Source: Minisyncoccia bacterium (GTDB taxonomy: Bacteria; Patescibacteriota; Minisyncoccia; Phycocordibacterales; UBA918). From it: 64,000 bases of DNA. The first letter of the stretch is position 1. Each line of letters starts with the position of its first letter. This document shows positions 20,122 to 30,236 of this stretch, piece by piece. A program made the translations under genes and the position numbers. The DNA is taken from assembly GCA_046293175.1 (NCBI GenBank), contig JBKBPM010000001.1, positions 299,446-363,445 of the forward strand. Reading direction: 5' to 3'. The notes below the pieces were generated by a model. The model ran no database searches. It saw only the letters and a program-made list of their open reading frames with translations, and was not told the DNA's origin.

Positions 20122-20653
20122 ACTCAGCTTTGAAAGTGGTGAATACGGTGTCGAGCTGCTTATCAGATGCAGAGTTGAATGACTTATCGCCACCGTTGGT
20201 GAACATCATCACCGCGTATTCGCGACCAGCTACAGTTGGTGTAACAAGTGGAATGGCTGTGGGTACTACGTTGCCAGCCTTACTAAAGCGAATCACACCG
20301 TTGATGTAGCCAAGCTTACCGTCGTTGTATTCACGAACACCAATCCAACCTTCTTCAATTGGGTATGATACTTCTGCGAGATTTACCATGCGGCCAGCCT
20401 TCTTGTCGTTTATAACTACCTTACCTTCTCCCATTGGAAGTGTGGTAACTGGAGTTTCAGCGGTGGTATCATCAGAATTATTTTCCTCTTCAGTTGAAGT
20501 AGCGGTTGCATCTTCCTTTTTTTCATCCATTGGCTTGTTATCATTGCCTTTATCACCACCCATAAATGCCCATACGAGGAGGCCACCGATGAGGAGTCCA
20601 AAAACAAATGAAACTACGGTCTTCTGAGATTCTTCTTTTTGTACGTCTGTCAT
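20120..20653 (-). CDS. Membrane-anchored hypothetical protein
   Basis: N-terminal TM, acidic linker, beta-rich domain. Confidence 0.85.
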   Translation of the reverse strand: MTDVQKEESQKTVVSFVFGLLIGGLLVWAFMGGDKGNDNKPMDEKKEDATATSTEEENNSDDTTAETPVTTLPMGEGKVVINDKKAGRMVNLAEVSYPIEEGWIGVREYNDGKLGYINGVIRFSKAGNVVPTAIPLVTPTVAGREYAVMMFTNGGDKSFNSASDKQLDTVFTTFKAE

Positions 20654-20731
20654 ATACGATTACACCAATTAATTTAATACTTGCCATTATACCATGGATA
20701 AAAAAGCCCTTGATAGTTGACACTCACCCGT

Positions 20732-21580
20732 TTATTGTGCGCTGGTAGTAGTGTGGTGTGTGAGCGAGGCCGCTTCATTAAGCACGGCAGCTTGCCGTTC
20801 TTGGCTGAGATTGATACTCCGCAGTAGATGCGGCTTTGCGGTTATGTCACTCGTCACAATAATGTCTCGTTCAATTAAACGAGCAATTTGTAGACGATTG
20901 AGAGTCTGTAGTACCGTAATGGGATAAACTTTGGCCCGCTGAATCCGGTCATGGAGATTGTTTTTACGCGGATAGTCCCATGATAAGAGATTAATACCAA
21001 CACACTCACTGTACTTTTCAGCTGTAACGGTAAATTTGGTGTTAGTAATGAGCCAAAACTCCTTAACCCCACAGACATCACCTTGGCAGATCTTTTGGTC
21101 GCGGAGATCAAGGAGTCGTGCATAAGAGTACATAGCGACTTGCAGGTCAGTCTTGATGCCGGGTCTGGCATGAAACTTCGCTTCACCCACAAAGGCATGG
21201 TCTTCTTTATAGGCAGCGATATCGATTTCATGCGGTGCACAGTGGCCTTGCAGTGTGATACCAGTTTCGGTGGTGTAGCCATCGGCAGCAAAAAGTCTTG
21301 CGAGGAATCGTTCAAACGGGAAGCCGGTAGGACCAAGACCTAAAAGGGCACGCCGCAGCGCATACCGGGTCGCCGCAGTAGCACCAATGTTGCGTAGGAG
21401 GTCAAAGGCGATACGGTAAATTTCTTGCGTTCGTATGCCGTTGTAGAGCTGATGCTCAATGCGATTAATAATAGTTACAATTTCTTCAGGAGTTGCGCCG
21501 GCACGTCGAAGTGAACGTCGAAGTTTTTCGACTTTGAAGTACTCCTTGGTGCCATCAGCTTTTTCTACGAGGAACGTCAC
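20732..21580 (-). CDS. ATP-cone plus Mrr-like restriction endonuclease fusion
   Basis: VEKADGTKEYFKVEKL ATP-cone; GFPFE..EIDI..EAKFH..LITNTKFT nuclease; GTG start overlaps the mnmA stop. Confidence 0.85.
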   Translation of the reverse strand: MTFLVEKADGTKEYFKVEKLRRSLRRAGATPEEIVTIINRIEHQLYNGIRTQEIYRIAFDLLRNIGATAATRYALRRALLGLGPTGFPFERFLARLFAADGYTTETGITLQGHCAPHEIDIAAYKEDHAFVGEAKFHARPGIKTDLQVAMYSYARLLDLRDQKICQGDVCGVKEFWLITNTKFTVTAEKYSECVGINLLSWDYPRKNNLHDRIQRAKVYPITVLQTLNRLQIARLIERDIIVTSDITAKPHLLRSINLSQERQAAVLNEAASLTHHTTTSAQ

Positions 21581-22656
21581 TACCGCATCATACCACCCCC
21601 GATACATCTTCCCCCCTCATATAGTACACAGGACTGACCGCTTGCTCCTTGTTCGATGGTGGTAGTTGGAGTGAGATCTATCTCATTGTCTCGCACGGCA
21701 GTGATGGTGAGTGGAAATGGTGTTTGACGGTAACGGAATTGTGCTTCGATAGTCTGGCCGACCACAGGCGGAACAGCATCACGCCAGACTAGGTTGGTGA
21801 TGGCGATAGTATCATTAACGCTGATAATAGGGGCTTCGTCACTGACGGTGATGGTGTTTGCACTTACATCTTTCTTTACCACATACTGTGGCTTACTATC
21901 AGCGCTCGTATGATGCAGGGTGAAGCCATGACGCTGACCAAGGGTGTACACAAAAGCTCCCTGATGTTCACCCACTACCTTCCCAGTTGTATCAAGTACA
22001 GGACCAGGGGTAAGGGCGATGTAGTGCGATAGAAATTCTGGAATATCGATATGCCCGAGGAAGCACACTCCTTGACTATCTTTCTTTGCGGCGGTTGGTA
22101 ATCTGGCTACAGCCGCTTCAGCTCGGAGGTTACTTTTCACCGTATTTCCTACCGGAAAGAGGATTTTTTCAAGCTGTTCAGGTTTTAGCGACCAGAGGAA
22201 ATAAGATTGATCCTTCTGAGGATCAATCCCCCGCCAGAGCTCACGTTCCCCTCCCTCCCCCTTCCCTTTTTGTGCATAATGACCAGTTGCGACATAATCG
22301 GCTCCATTTTCGAGGGCGAACTTGAGAAAGGCTCCAAATTTCACCTTTTCATTACAAAGCACATCCGGATTTGGCGTGAGGCCTTGGCGATAGCTTTCGA
22401 TAAAATACTCCGCTACTTCATCACGATAGGCTGCGACCGCATCACAGGTCATAAATGGGATGTCGAGGTGAGCGGCGACGCGCATGGCATCAAGCCTTTC
22501 TTCTTCCCAGTTACAAACGAGCCAATCCGGGTGCCAGACTTTGATAAACACCCCGACGACCTGGTAGCCCTGGTTCTTGAGACGAAGGGCGGCGACAGAT
22601 GAATCTACCCCACCTGATAGTCCAACAAAGACGGTTTTATTTGCTTTTCCAGCCAT
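21580..22656 (-). CDS. mnmA: tRNA 2-thiouridylase MnmA
   Basis: SGGVDSS, TPNPDVLCN, ATGHY, KDQSYFL, DSQGVCF. Confidence 0.99.
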   Translation of the reverse strand: MAGKANKTVFVGLSGGVDSSVAALRLKNQGYQVVGVFIKVWHPDWLVCNWEEERLDAMRVAAHLDIPFMTCDAVAAYRDEVAEYFIESYRQGLTPNPDVLCNEKVKFGAFLKFALENGADYVATGHYAQKGKGEGGERELWRGIDPQKDQSYFLWSLKPEQLEKILFPVGNTVKSNLRAEAAVARLPTAAKKDSQGVCFLGHIDIPEFLSHYIALTPGPVLDTTGKVVGEHQGAFVYTLGQRHGFTLHHTSADSKPQYVVKKDVSANTITVSDEAPIISVNDTIAITNLVWRDAVPPVVGQTIEAQFRYRQTPFPLTITAVRDNEIDLTPTTTIEQGASGQSCVLYEGGRCIGGGMMR

Positions 22657-22873
22657 AGATAAGGCTACTATAGCCTAGAAAACGCGAAATGAGAATCAGC
22701 AGGTTGTATGGGACAATGTTAGAACTTTTTTAGTATATATACATGAAAGATCGCCCTGAAGACCAAGGCGGTCAATCAAGGCGGTTTGGCGTCATGATTC
22801 AACAGCTTGTGGGTCAGAGCTACGCTTACGCTCACCTGTCAGTCTGTTGATGCCCATAGTCTCTTTTTATAAG

Positions 22874-23872
22874 TTACTTCAAATAGCGGGCAATATTCCG
22901 CTTATGGTCGTCGTAGGTGGTGGCGTAGTAGAAGACACCATCCTTGCCGGTGATATAGAAGTAATAGTCACTTGGGGTAGGATCAAGAACGGCGCCGATC
23001 GAGGCAGCGCCAGGGTTCCCAATTGGAGTCGGTGGAAGGCCTTTATTGAGGTACGTATTGTACGGAGAATCAATCTTCAAATCTTCCGGCGTAAGTTCCT
23101 CAAGAGGCTTATCAAGCACATATTCGATAGAGGCATCAGCCTGTAGCGGCATACCATCGCGGAGGCGGTTTTGAAGGATACCTGAGACCATTCCCATTGA
23201 TTCAGGGTCATTCGCTTCACGCTCGATAATAGAGGCAAGGATAACTACTTCGGCTTCAGAAAGACCACTGGCGGCAATGGTGCCACGCTTTGGAATCATA
23301 AATTCCTCGTATTTTTCATTGAGCGTTTTGATGACATCATCCGCCGTGAAATGTGGCGGAAAGAAATATGTTTCTGGGAACAGTGTGCCTTCGTATGGCA
23401 GGGCGGCTGCAATGAAATCGGCTTCACTGATGTTTGGTAAGGCGGTGTGCACTGCTGCTGCTAATTCAGTTACTCTCTCCCCTTCACGATGGGTTACGCG
23501 TACGAGATTACTGGTAAAGTCACCAGTAGCAAGCTTATCAGCCACTTCAAAAACATTGTACGGTTTATCAAAGACATACTGACTGGCCTTGATATCCTGC
23601 GGCGAATACTTGGTGAGGATAATTGTGTAGAGTAAGAGCGAAGAGCGAACAACACCACTTTGGTGGAGAGTAGTAACAATCTCACTGATACTTGAACCTT
23701 CTTCAATAGTGATCGGGGTACCAATTGGGAAATTTGCTGGTGCAGGTGCATTACGAACCAAAAAGTAAATGAGTGCAATAGCAACGAGACCGAGTATACA
23801 AAGCAACAGTACGAGGTACTTAACAGCCCGCTTGGGAGAAACCACAGTAAATGGTGATGGTGTTCCTTCCAT
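22874..23872 (-). CDS. mltG: Endolytic transglycosylase MltG
   Basis: EGTLFPETY, LASIIEREA, SPYNTY..GLPPTPI.NPG. Confidence 0.97.
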   Translation of the reverse strand: MEGTPSPFTVVSPKRAVKYLVLLLCILGLVAIALIYFLVRNAPAPANFPIGTPITIEEGSSISEIVTTLHQSGVVRSSLLLYTIILTKYSPQDIKASQYVFDKPYNVFEVADKLATGDFTSNLVRVTHREGERVTELAAAVHTALPNISEADFIAAALPYEGTLFPETYFFPPHFTADDVIKTLNEKYEEFMIPKRGTIAASGLSEAEVVILASIIEREANDPESMGMVSGILQNRLRDGMPLQADASIEYVLDKPLEELTPEDLKIDSPYNTYLNKGLPPTPIGNPGAASIGAVLDPTPSDYYFYITGKDGVFYYATTYDDHKRNIARYLK

Positions 23873-23875
23873 AAA

Positions 23876-25207
23876 TTAGATGTCAAAACTACCCGTTGGT
23901 AGATTTGGTGGTGCTTCTTTACGTGTTGATGGAATGCGTGATAATCCTGGAGTCATAACCGTGCTACTTGGAATATGGAACATGGTGGCGAGCTCCTCAA
24001 CTGACATAATCTGCATTGGCATACTCGGTTGTAAGGCGTTGCCGTGGGTCGGCGCACGGTGTTTGTACTTATTAAGTTCACGAATTTTCAGCTTACGCTT
24101 TTTGGCGCCAGACCAGTCAGAGAACCAGTTGTAGTCAAAGTCCGTACGCCACGCTACACCAATTTGGTTACGACCAATCAGATCGTACGCTGAAAATGAA
24201 CGAATGGTTGGGGCAATCATATTACCATCAAAAGCACCTTTTTTGGTGGCATAAATCCAACGAATACCCACTTCATACGCATACTTTCCCATTTGACGCT
24301 CCATGGCTTCGATGGTGGCGCGTTCACCTGGTGTGAGGCGGACTTGTGGTTCACCGGTAGCGTCTTCTTCATGACCACCTTTAGCACGACCCATAAGTTC
24401 ATCAATCTTGGCTTGAATACGCTTTTCCCAGGTGCCGTGTTCATGGAAGTGGCCGGTTTTGAAGGTCTTTTTGGCGTGTGGGATACAAAGGAACTGTATC
24501 CAGATATGCTCGTACGGCTTACAGGTCCCAAGGTGCTCAATCATGGCGGCCATCGGGTCAATTTTAAATTCTTCCTTTGGAAGCTTGTCCATACCCATGT
24601 CAATATAGGTTTTAATTGGGTATTCTTCATCACCCTTTTGTTTCATCCAGAATGCAAAGAGATCATGTTTGTCTAAATCTGGCACCACACAAGCAGTGTA
24701 GTCAATTTCTTCTTCAACAACTTCGACCCCTGGGTATTGCGCATAGAGTTGGGACTCAACGGCATTCTTCACTTTTTTTGTGGGACAGTTGATATACAAA
24801 CGAACATCACCGCCAACCGAGACAATCTCAAGTGACATCACCAAGGGGTGCTTCCCATCGATATAGGTCTGCCAGAGGTTGTCTGGTGACTGTACGTTGT
24901 GGACCTGAGAAAGAACCTGCTCCATGGCTTCAGGAGATTTAAAGACTTCTGAGGGCAGCTTGATACGAAGGGTTGTTCGCCCTTGCTGGTGCATGAACTT
25001 ATGCTTCACGTATTCCATCCACTTTTCGTAGAGAAGCCAGAACAACAAAAATGGCAACCAGATTGGCGTTATTGCAATTATAAGCGACAGTATCGGCTCG
25101 ATATCGACGCCCATGATATTAAACGTGGTGCGCATTACGAGAATACCGATGATAATTAGAATTGGTGCAGCCAAGAATCCAAGCATGGCTTTGAACAAAT
25201 CGGACAT
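23876..25207 (-). CDS. Conserved CPR-type membrane protein (resembles N-terminal domains of VirD4/TraG-like proteins)
   Basis: Two TMs, SPEAMEQ, SLEIVS, YAQYP.VEV, EELATMFHIP. Confidence 0.75.
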   Translation of the reverse strand: MSDLFKAMLGFLAAPILIIIGILVMRTTFNIMGVDIEPILSLIIAITPIWLPFLLFWLLYEKWMEYVKHKFMHQQGRTTLRIKLPSEVFKSPEAMEQVLSQVHNVQSPDNLWQTYIDGKHPLVMSLEIVSVGGDVRLYINCPTKKVKNAVESQLYAQYPGVEVVEEEIDYTACVVPDLDKHDLFAFWMKQKGDEEYPIKTYIDMGMDKLPKEEFKIDPMAAMIEHLGTCKPYEHIWIQFLCIPHAKKTFKTGHFHEHGTWEKRIQAKIDELMGRAKGGHEEDATGEPQVRLTPGERATIEAMERQMGKYAYEVGIRWIYATKKGAFDGNMIAPTIRSFSAYDLIGRNQIGVAWRTDFDYNWFSDWSGAKKRKLKIRELNKYKHRAPTHGNALQPSMPMQIMSVEELATMFHIPSSTVMTPGLSRIPSTRKEAPPNLPTGSFDI

Positions 25208-25325
25208 AGGTGGGTATATTGTACACTAGAATTAGGTCTAGATTAACAAATTATTCAGGCGTCTTTGGTTTTGCGTTGATAAACAAAAGCGGTCGGGGCC
25301 TAGGCCGCGACCGCTTTTTGTTTGA

Positions 25326-26351
25326 TTAGTCTGCCAAAGTGTACTGTCCGTTACTGAGTCGTTTGAATAGATTGGTGTCTTGGAGGTTTACGATAATCGT
25401 GTTGTCCTTGACGTAACGTTCTTTTCGCACTTTTTCAATCAATTCTTCGCGTGAGAGTGGACCTTCGTTTTCGAGGATATCTCGAAGAACATCCTTCACG
25501 ACACCGGCGGTGTACCCCCACTCAGTGAGTGCATAGAGGCCGCGACCTACAAGTACAAAACGTTCATCCTTGATAAGTTCGTTGTGGGTAGTAGCGACGT
25601 GTGCCTTGTGGTTAAAGAGATCCTGAATCGCCTTTGATACTTCCTTAAAGTGCATCGGTGAGCCGTGACGCTTGACCGCGAGGTACGCGTAGTCGCGGAT
25701 ACCCTTTACACGGACATTTGGACTATCAGCTGGTCCCCAGTCACCGAGTGGATTCTTGGCAATCTGTTTTGAAATCAGTAGCCAACGCTTGAGAGTCTCG
25801 TCATCATGCTTATCTGCGATTTCAATCAACTCATTGCGGAAACGAGAGAGGATTTCACTTTCAGATACAAGGTCGTCACGATTGAGAGTGCTATGAACAT
25901 TTTTGAGAGCTTTTTCAACCATATCAGCCACCTTCTTTTCGGTGAACCAACGGTGGTGGTAGAGAGGGTTTTCTTTGCCTTTGTAGAAGGCGTCGCCAAC
26001 AACAAGGAGAAAGTAGAGGTGATTGCGGGTAGATTCGTCCTTTGTGAGACTCTCGAGGAGGACGTTCTCTGCCACGACACCACCACCAAGAAGACGGATG
26101 GCTTCCTGGAGTTCGGCGAGGAGTTCAGCGTGTTCGGAATAAACCGCTGACTTCTGGATAGTTGAAATACCGTAGTTTTCAATCTGACGCACACGCTCGC
26201 GGGTAATACCATAGGTCTGACCGATTGCTTCAAGCGTAAAAGTCTCACCATCGTTGCCGAGGCCATAGCGCTTTTCAAGGACATCACGAGCACGTTCGCC
26301 AATGGCGCTAAGGAGCTTTTTGGTGACCTGTTTTGGTTTAAACGTAATCAT
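25326..26351 (-). CDS. Sigma70 region-4-like HTH plus RNAP-delta/HARE-type winged-helix protein
   Basis: TLEAIGQTYGITRERVRQIE; PMHFKE..TTHNELIKDERFVLVGRGLYALTEWG. Confidence 0.88.
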   Translation of the reverse strand: MITFKPKQVTKKLLSAIGERARDVLEKRYGLGNDGETFTLEAIGQTYGITRERVRQIENYGISTIQKSAVYSEHAELLAELQEAIRLLGGGVVAENVLLESLTKDESTRNHLYFLLVVGDAFYKGKENPLYHHRWFTEKKVADMVEKALKNVHSTLNRDDLVSESEILSRFRNELIEIADKHDDETLKRWLLISKQIAKNPLGDWGPADSPNVRVKGIRDYAYLAVKRHGSPMHFKEVSKAIQDLFNHKAHVATTHNELIKDERFVLVGRGLYALTEWGYTAGVVKDVLRDILENEGPLSREELIEKVRKERYVKDNTIIVNLQDTNLFKRLSNGQYTLAD

Positions 26352-26430
26352 ATTTCCGCACAAATAATCTATTTTTTAATTGAGTTGACCACCCTCTCGT
26401 GTAGTCGTCGTCCTCCGTTATATCATGCTA

Positions 26431-26446
26431 TTTGACAAACGTCAAA
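26431..26446. promoter_or_regulatory. Palindrome of two -35-like boxes at the promoter of the sigma4-HTH gene
   Basis: TTTGAC-AAAC-GTCAAA. Confidence 0.5.
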
Positions 26447-26462
26447 CACCATCGTAAAGCCC

Positions 26463-29273
26463 CTAGGCCACGATAATGTTGAGGATTTTGCCAGGGATGT
26501 AGATAACTTTGGTAATAGTTCCCCCACTCACGTACTTCGAGATGTGATGATCACCACGGGCAAGCTCAAGAGCAGTAATTTCACTGGCGTCTGGTGCCAA
26601 GGTGATCTTGCCGCGCAATTTACCATTAATCTGTACACCAATCACTACCGCAGTGTCGCGTGCAAGTGTCTCGTCGCCGACCGGATACTCTTCACGGTGG
26701 ATACTTGAGGAGTGCCCAAGCTCGTGCCAGATTTCTTCGGTCAGGTGTGGAGCAAATGGAGCCAAGAGTCGCACAAATAATTCGTATGAGGCTTTGGTGA
26801 GTCCTGCTTTCTCAGCGAGGTTTACAAAGATCATCATCGCACTAATTGCGGTATTGAACTTGAACTCTGTAATATCTTGACTGACTTTGATGATGGTCTT
26901 GTGCAGTTGACGGGTCACTTCTGCAGTTTCTGCGCCGACGATGTGTTCAGGAAGGCCATACACACGTTCGAGGAAGCGACGGATACCGGCGATACCGCCC
27001 ATGTCCCATGGGTAGTTGTTACCCTCATAGGGCCCCATAAAGGCGAGATACATTTTGACTGTATCAGCACCGACGAGCTTCACTTGTTCGTCTGGATCAA
27101 TAACATTCCCTTTACTCTTACTCATCTTGTTACCATCTGGACCCAGGATGAGTCCCCGGTTGATACGCCGACGGTACGGTTCGCTCTCGGTCACCAGACC
27201 AAGGTCAAAGAGCGCCTTCTGCCAGAAGCGGGAGTAGAGGAGGTGCATGGTGGTGTGTTCTGCCCCACCAAAGTAGATATCAATCGGCATCCAATCTTTC
27301 TGACGTTCTAGGCTGGAGAGAGCATCATCATTGAGGTTATCGATGTAGCGAAGGAAATACCATGAAGAGTCGACAAAGGTGTCCATAGTTTCAACTTCAG
27401 GTGACCATCCTTCACCAAATAGCTCGACGGTTCGGCGTTTCAACTCTTCACTTTTGGCGAGTGGGGCGACACCGGTAGGGGTTGGATCGACACCTTCGGG
27501 TAGGAGCCATGGTAGGTGTTCTTTTGGTACTACGTGCGCTTCACCATCGGGACTGTATACAATTGGGATTGGGACGCCCCAATAGCGCTGTCGCCCAATC
27601 GACCAGTCACGGAGACGATAGGTCGAGGTCATCCGACCACCGACTTTCGCAACAATTTTTTCTTTGGCGGTTTCTGACGGTAATCCATCGAACTCACCTG
27701 AGTTGCAGACAGTCCCGCTACCAGTAAATGGAATCACCCCATCAAGTTGTCGGAGACAGTAGAGATCTTCTTCGATAGTAAACTTTTCAAGTAATTCTTC
27801 CTTGGTAAGCCATACCGGTTCTTGCTTAGCTAACTCCTCAGCTGGTATTTCGTTTTGTGTGTCTGAAGTTAGTTCAAGGAGGACTCGACGACTAGTTAGA
27901 ACTCTATTTACTTGTTTACCGGGATGGAAAAAGTGAGCTTCTGTTTCCTCAGAGATAAATCGAACGAATTTGGTTTTGTAACCTGTTTTTTCCTCGACTT
28001 CACGGATCGCTGCTTCCTCATAACTTTCTCCTTTCTCGAGACCACCAAATATGAAGCTATAGTTTTGAAACTCATGACTATACTGCACAAGATATTTGTC
28101 GGTCTTAGGGTTGTAGACGAGTGATCCAACAGCAGTGCGTGGCACCGGATTCGGTAGAGGTTGACCGAAGACTTTTCGTACCACCTGCTTCACCGGCAAA
28201 TCAAACTTCTTTGCAAATTCACCGTCACGTTCATCGTGAGCTGGTACGGCCATAATCGCCCCGGTGCCGTAGTCACCAAGCACGTAGTCTGCGACAAAGA
28301 CAGGGATTGCTTCTCCATTGGCGGGATTGATAGCAGTAATACCTTCGAGCTTCACGCCCGTCTTTTCCTTCGTGGTGTCAAGACGATCTTGTTCGTCTTT
28401 TTGTTTGGCTTTGGCTACATATGCATCCACATCAGTTACGTTCGCGGTTTTTTCCCGCACTTCAGCTGTCTGGAGTAGCGGGTGCTCCGGGGCGAGGACG
28501 AGGTAGGTAGCCCCAAAGAGCGTATCAGGACGAGTGGTGAAGACAGTGACTTTGTCACCAGTTGAAAGAGTAAAGTCTATCTCAGCGCCCTTTGAGCGAC
28601 CGATCCACTGCCGTTGGGCTTCTTTGATATGCTCTGGCCAATCGAGCGCGGCGAGGTCGTCCGTCAGTCGATCAGCGTACTTCGTGATACGCAACATCCA
28701 CTGTGGCATCTCGCGCTTCTCTATGACATCACCCGACCGTTCACAGGTACCGTCTGCGAGTACCTGTTCGTTCGCTATCGCCGTGTTACAACCCGGGCAC
28801 CAGTTTACGACCCCTTTGCCACGGTACGCAATACCATTGTTAAAAAACTGCGTGAACATCCACTGCGTCCACTTGTAGTAGCTCTCGTCGGTACTGGAGG
28901 TGGTTTTGTCCCAGGCAAACATGTTGCCCATACTCGCGAGCTGCTCGCGCATGTAGGCCATGTTGTCATACGTCCAGGTCTTGGGGTTGAGGCCACGTTT
29001 AATAGCGGCGTTTTCGGCGGGGAGACCAAAGGCATCAAAGCCCATCGGAAAGAGCACCTGCTTACCCTGCATCTGGCGAAAGCGGGCGTAGATATCAGGT
29101 ACCGCAAAAGCGTACCAATGACCGATATGGAGGTTGCCAGAGGGGTATGGCCATTCGACGAGGAGGTATTCCTTTTCGCGACTGTGGTCACGGTCACCAA
29201 CCGTGTGTTGACCCGATTCGGCCCAGACTTGTTGCCACTTCTTCTCAATCGCGTTGTCGAATTTTTTGTGCAT
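26463..29273 (-). CDS. leuS: Leucine--tRNA ligase with inserted NUDIX domain
   Basis: PYPSG.LHIGH, FTTRPDT, YGTGAIMAVPAHD, KMSKS; Nudix box GGLEKGE..REVEEKTG. Confidence 0.98.
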   Translation of the reverse strand: MHKKFDNAIEKKWQQVWAESGQHTVGDRDHSREKEYLLVEWPYPSGNLHIGHWYAFAVPDIYARFRQMQGKQVLFPMGFDAFGLPAENAAIKRGLNPKTWTYDNMAYMREQLASMGNMFAWDKTTSSTDESYYKWTQWMFTQFFNNGIAYRGKGVVNWCPGCNTAIANEQVLADGTCERSGDVIEKREMPQWMLRITKYADRLTDDLAALDWPEHIKEAQRQWIGRSKGAEIDFTLSTGDKVTVFTTRPDTLFGATYLVLAPEHPLLQTAEVREKTANVTDVDAYVAKAKQKDEQDRLDTTKEKTGVKLEGITAINPANGEAIPVFVADYVLGDYGTGAIMAVPAHDERDGEFAKKFDLPVKQVVRKVFGQPLPNPVPRTAVGSLVYNPKTDKYLVQYSHEFQNYSFIFGGLEKGESYEEAAIREVEEKTGYKTKFVRFISEETEAHFFHPGKQVNRVLTSRRVLLELTSDTQNEIPAEELAKQEPVWLTKEELLEKFTIEEDLYCLRQLDGVIPFTGSGTVCNSGEFDGLPSETAKEKIVAKVGGRMTSTYRLRDWSIGRQRYWGVPIPIVYSPDGEAHVVPKEHLPWLLPEGVDPTPTGVAPLAKSEELKRRTVELFGEGWSPEVETMDTFVDSSWYFLRYIDNLNDDALSSLERQKDWMPIDIYFGGAEHTTMHLLYSRFWQKALFDLGLVTESEPYRRRINRGLILGPDGNKMSKSKGNVIDPDEQVKLVGADTVKMYLAFMGPYEGNNYPWDMGGIAGIRRFLERVYGLPEHIVGAETAEVTRQLHKTIIKVSQDITEFKFNTAISAMMIFVNLAEKAGLTKASYELFVRLLAPFAPHLTEEIWHELGHSSSIHREEYPVGDETLARDTAVVIGVQINGKLRGKITLAPDASEITALELARGDHHISKYVSGGTITKVIYIPGKILNIIVA

Positions 29274-29345
29274 AGAAAATACCACCTCATTTATGAATAA
29301 CGTATTTGTTAGTATGCCATGAATTGGCAGAATGTAAAAAGAAAG

Positions 29346-29373
29346 CGAGCGGGCGCAAAGTTGCGCCCGCTCG
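29346..29373 (-). terminator. Terminator of orphan 29380-30105
   Basis: CGAGCGGGCGCAA-TTGCGCCCGCTCG plus T tract on minus. Confidence 0.75.
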
Positions 29374-29379
29374 AAACGG

Positions 29380-30105
29380 TTAGGTGGTGGTAGACCGCCG
29401 GAATGTCAGCATGGCCCATAGGAACAGCCCACTGCCAGCATAGGAGACGAGCACAAGCCAGAACGGCATAGATGAACCTTTGCTGTTCCAGCCTAAAAAC
29501 ATGATACCTGGGATGGTGACTGAACCAACCCACCACATCCAGTCTTCGGCCCGGTCTGTCGCATCCTCGGAAGGATGTTGACACAGATACTGCCAGAAGT
29601 AGCGCGGCCAGAAGTAGACCGGCCAGAGCATGAGCACCCAGATGAACGGGACACTGAGCCACCGCCATTTGCTCGGCGGTGGCGGTTCAACCGCCTCGCC
29701 CGCTGTGTCGTCTGCTGCGAACTTCATGATAGCCTCGACTTCGTCGATTTCTTCTTCCGTGACTTGGACTGATGTCGGTTGCGCCGGTGATCCGGAAATC
29801 CCCCGCATTTCATCCATATCGTCATAACCGAAGCGAGCCAGAAGTGAGGTATTTTCCCCGTGCGGTTCTGCCGCCCCATCCTGGTCTTTTCGCCTGAAAA
29901 AGAGCAGGAGGGTTGACCCTGCTACCACGATGCTGGCGAGGGTGGCGAGGAAAAATGTCCACCAGCCAACCCAGTACCCGACCGTGCCGATAGCGGCAAA
30001 GACGAGAACAGCGAGGCCGATGGACACGGCCCAATAGAGGGTCCGGTCATCTTCCGGTGTGTGTTCGCCCCAGCTGCGGTGCGGTTCGTTCGTTTGTTCT
30101 GTCAT
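29380..30105 (-). CDS. GC-rich Trp-rich membrane orphan (SD-led cassette)
   Basis: GAGGGAG SD, about 5 TMs around an acidic loop, own terminator. Confidence 0.75.
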   Translation of the reverse strand: MTEQTNEPHRSWGEHTPEDDRTLYWAVSIGLAVLVFAAIGTVGYWVGWWTFFLATLASIVVAGSTLLLFFRRKDQDGAAEPHGENTSLLARFGYDDMDEMRGISGSPAQPTSVQVTEEEIDEVEAIMKFAADDTAGEAVEPPPPSKWRWLSVPFIWVLMLWPVYFWPRYFWQYLCQHPSEDATDRAEDWMWWVGSVTIPGIMFLGWNSKGSSMPFWLVLVSYAGSGLFLWAMLTFRRSTTT

Positions 30106-30236
30106 TGGCTACTCCCTCTGGTGCCTGTTTCCCTGCTTGATTTGCAGGTCCATTCGTGACCTTACAAAAAATAGCGACATTTGTCTATCCACAGGTAAGA
30201 AAACCCACAAACGTGGTGTTTGTGGGTTTCTCGTTT

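Noticed and set aside
27740-28170. LeuRS insertion as an intein
   Set aside because: No C/S start, HN-C/S/T end or LAGLIDADG motifs; it carries a Nudix box.
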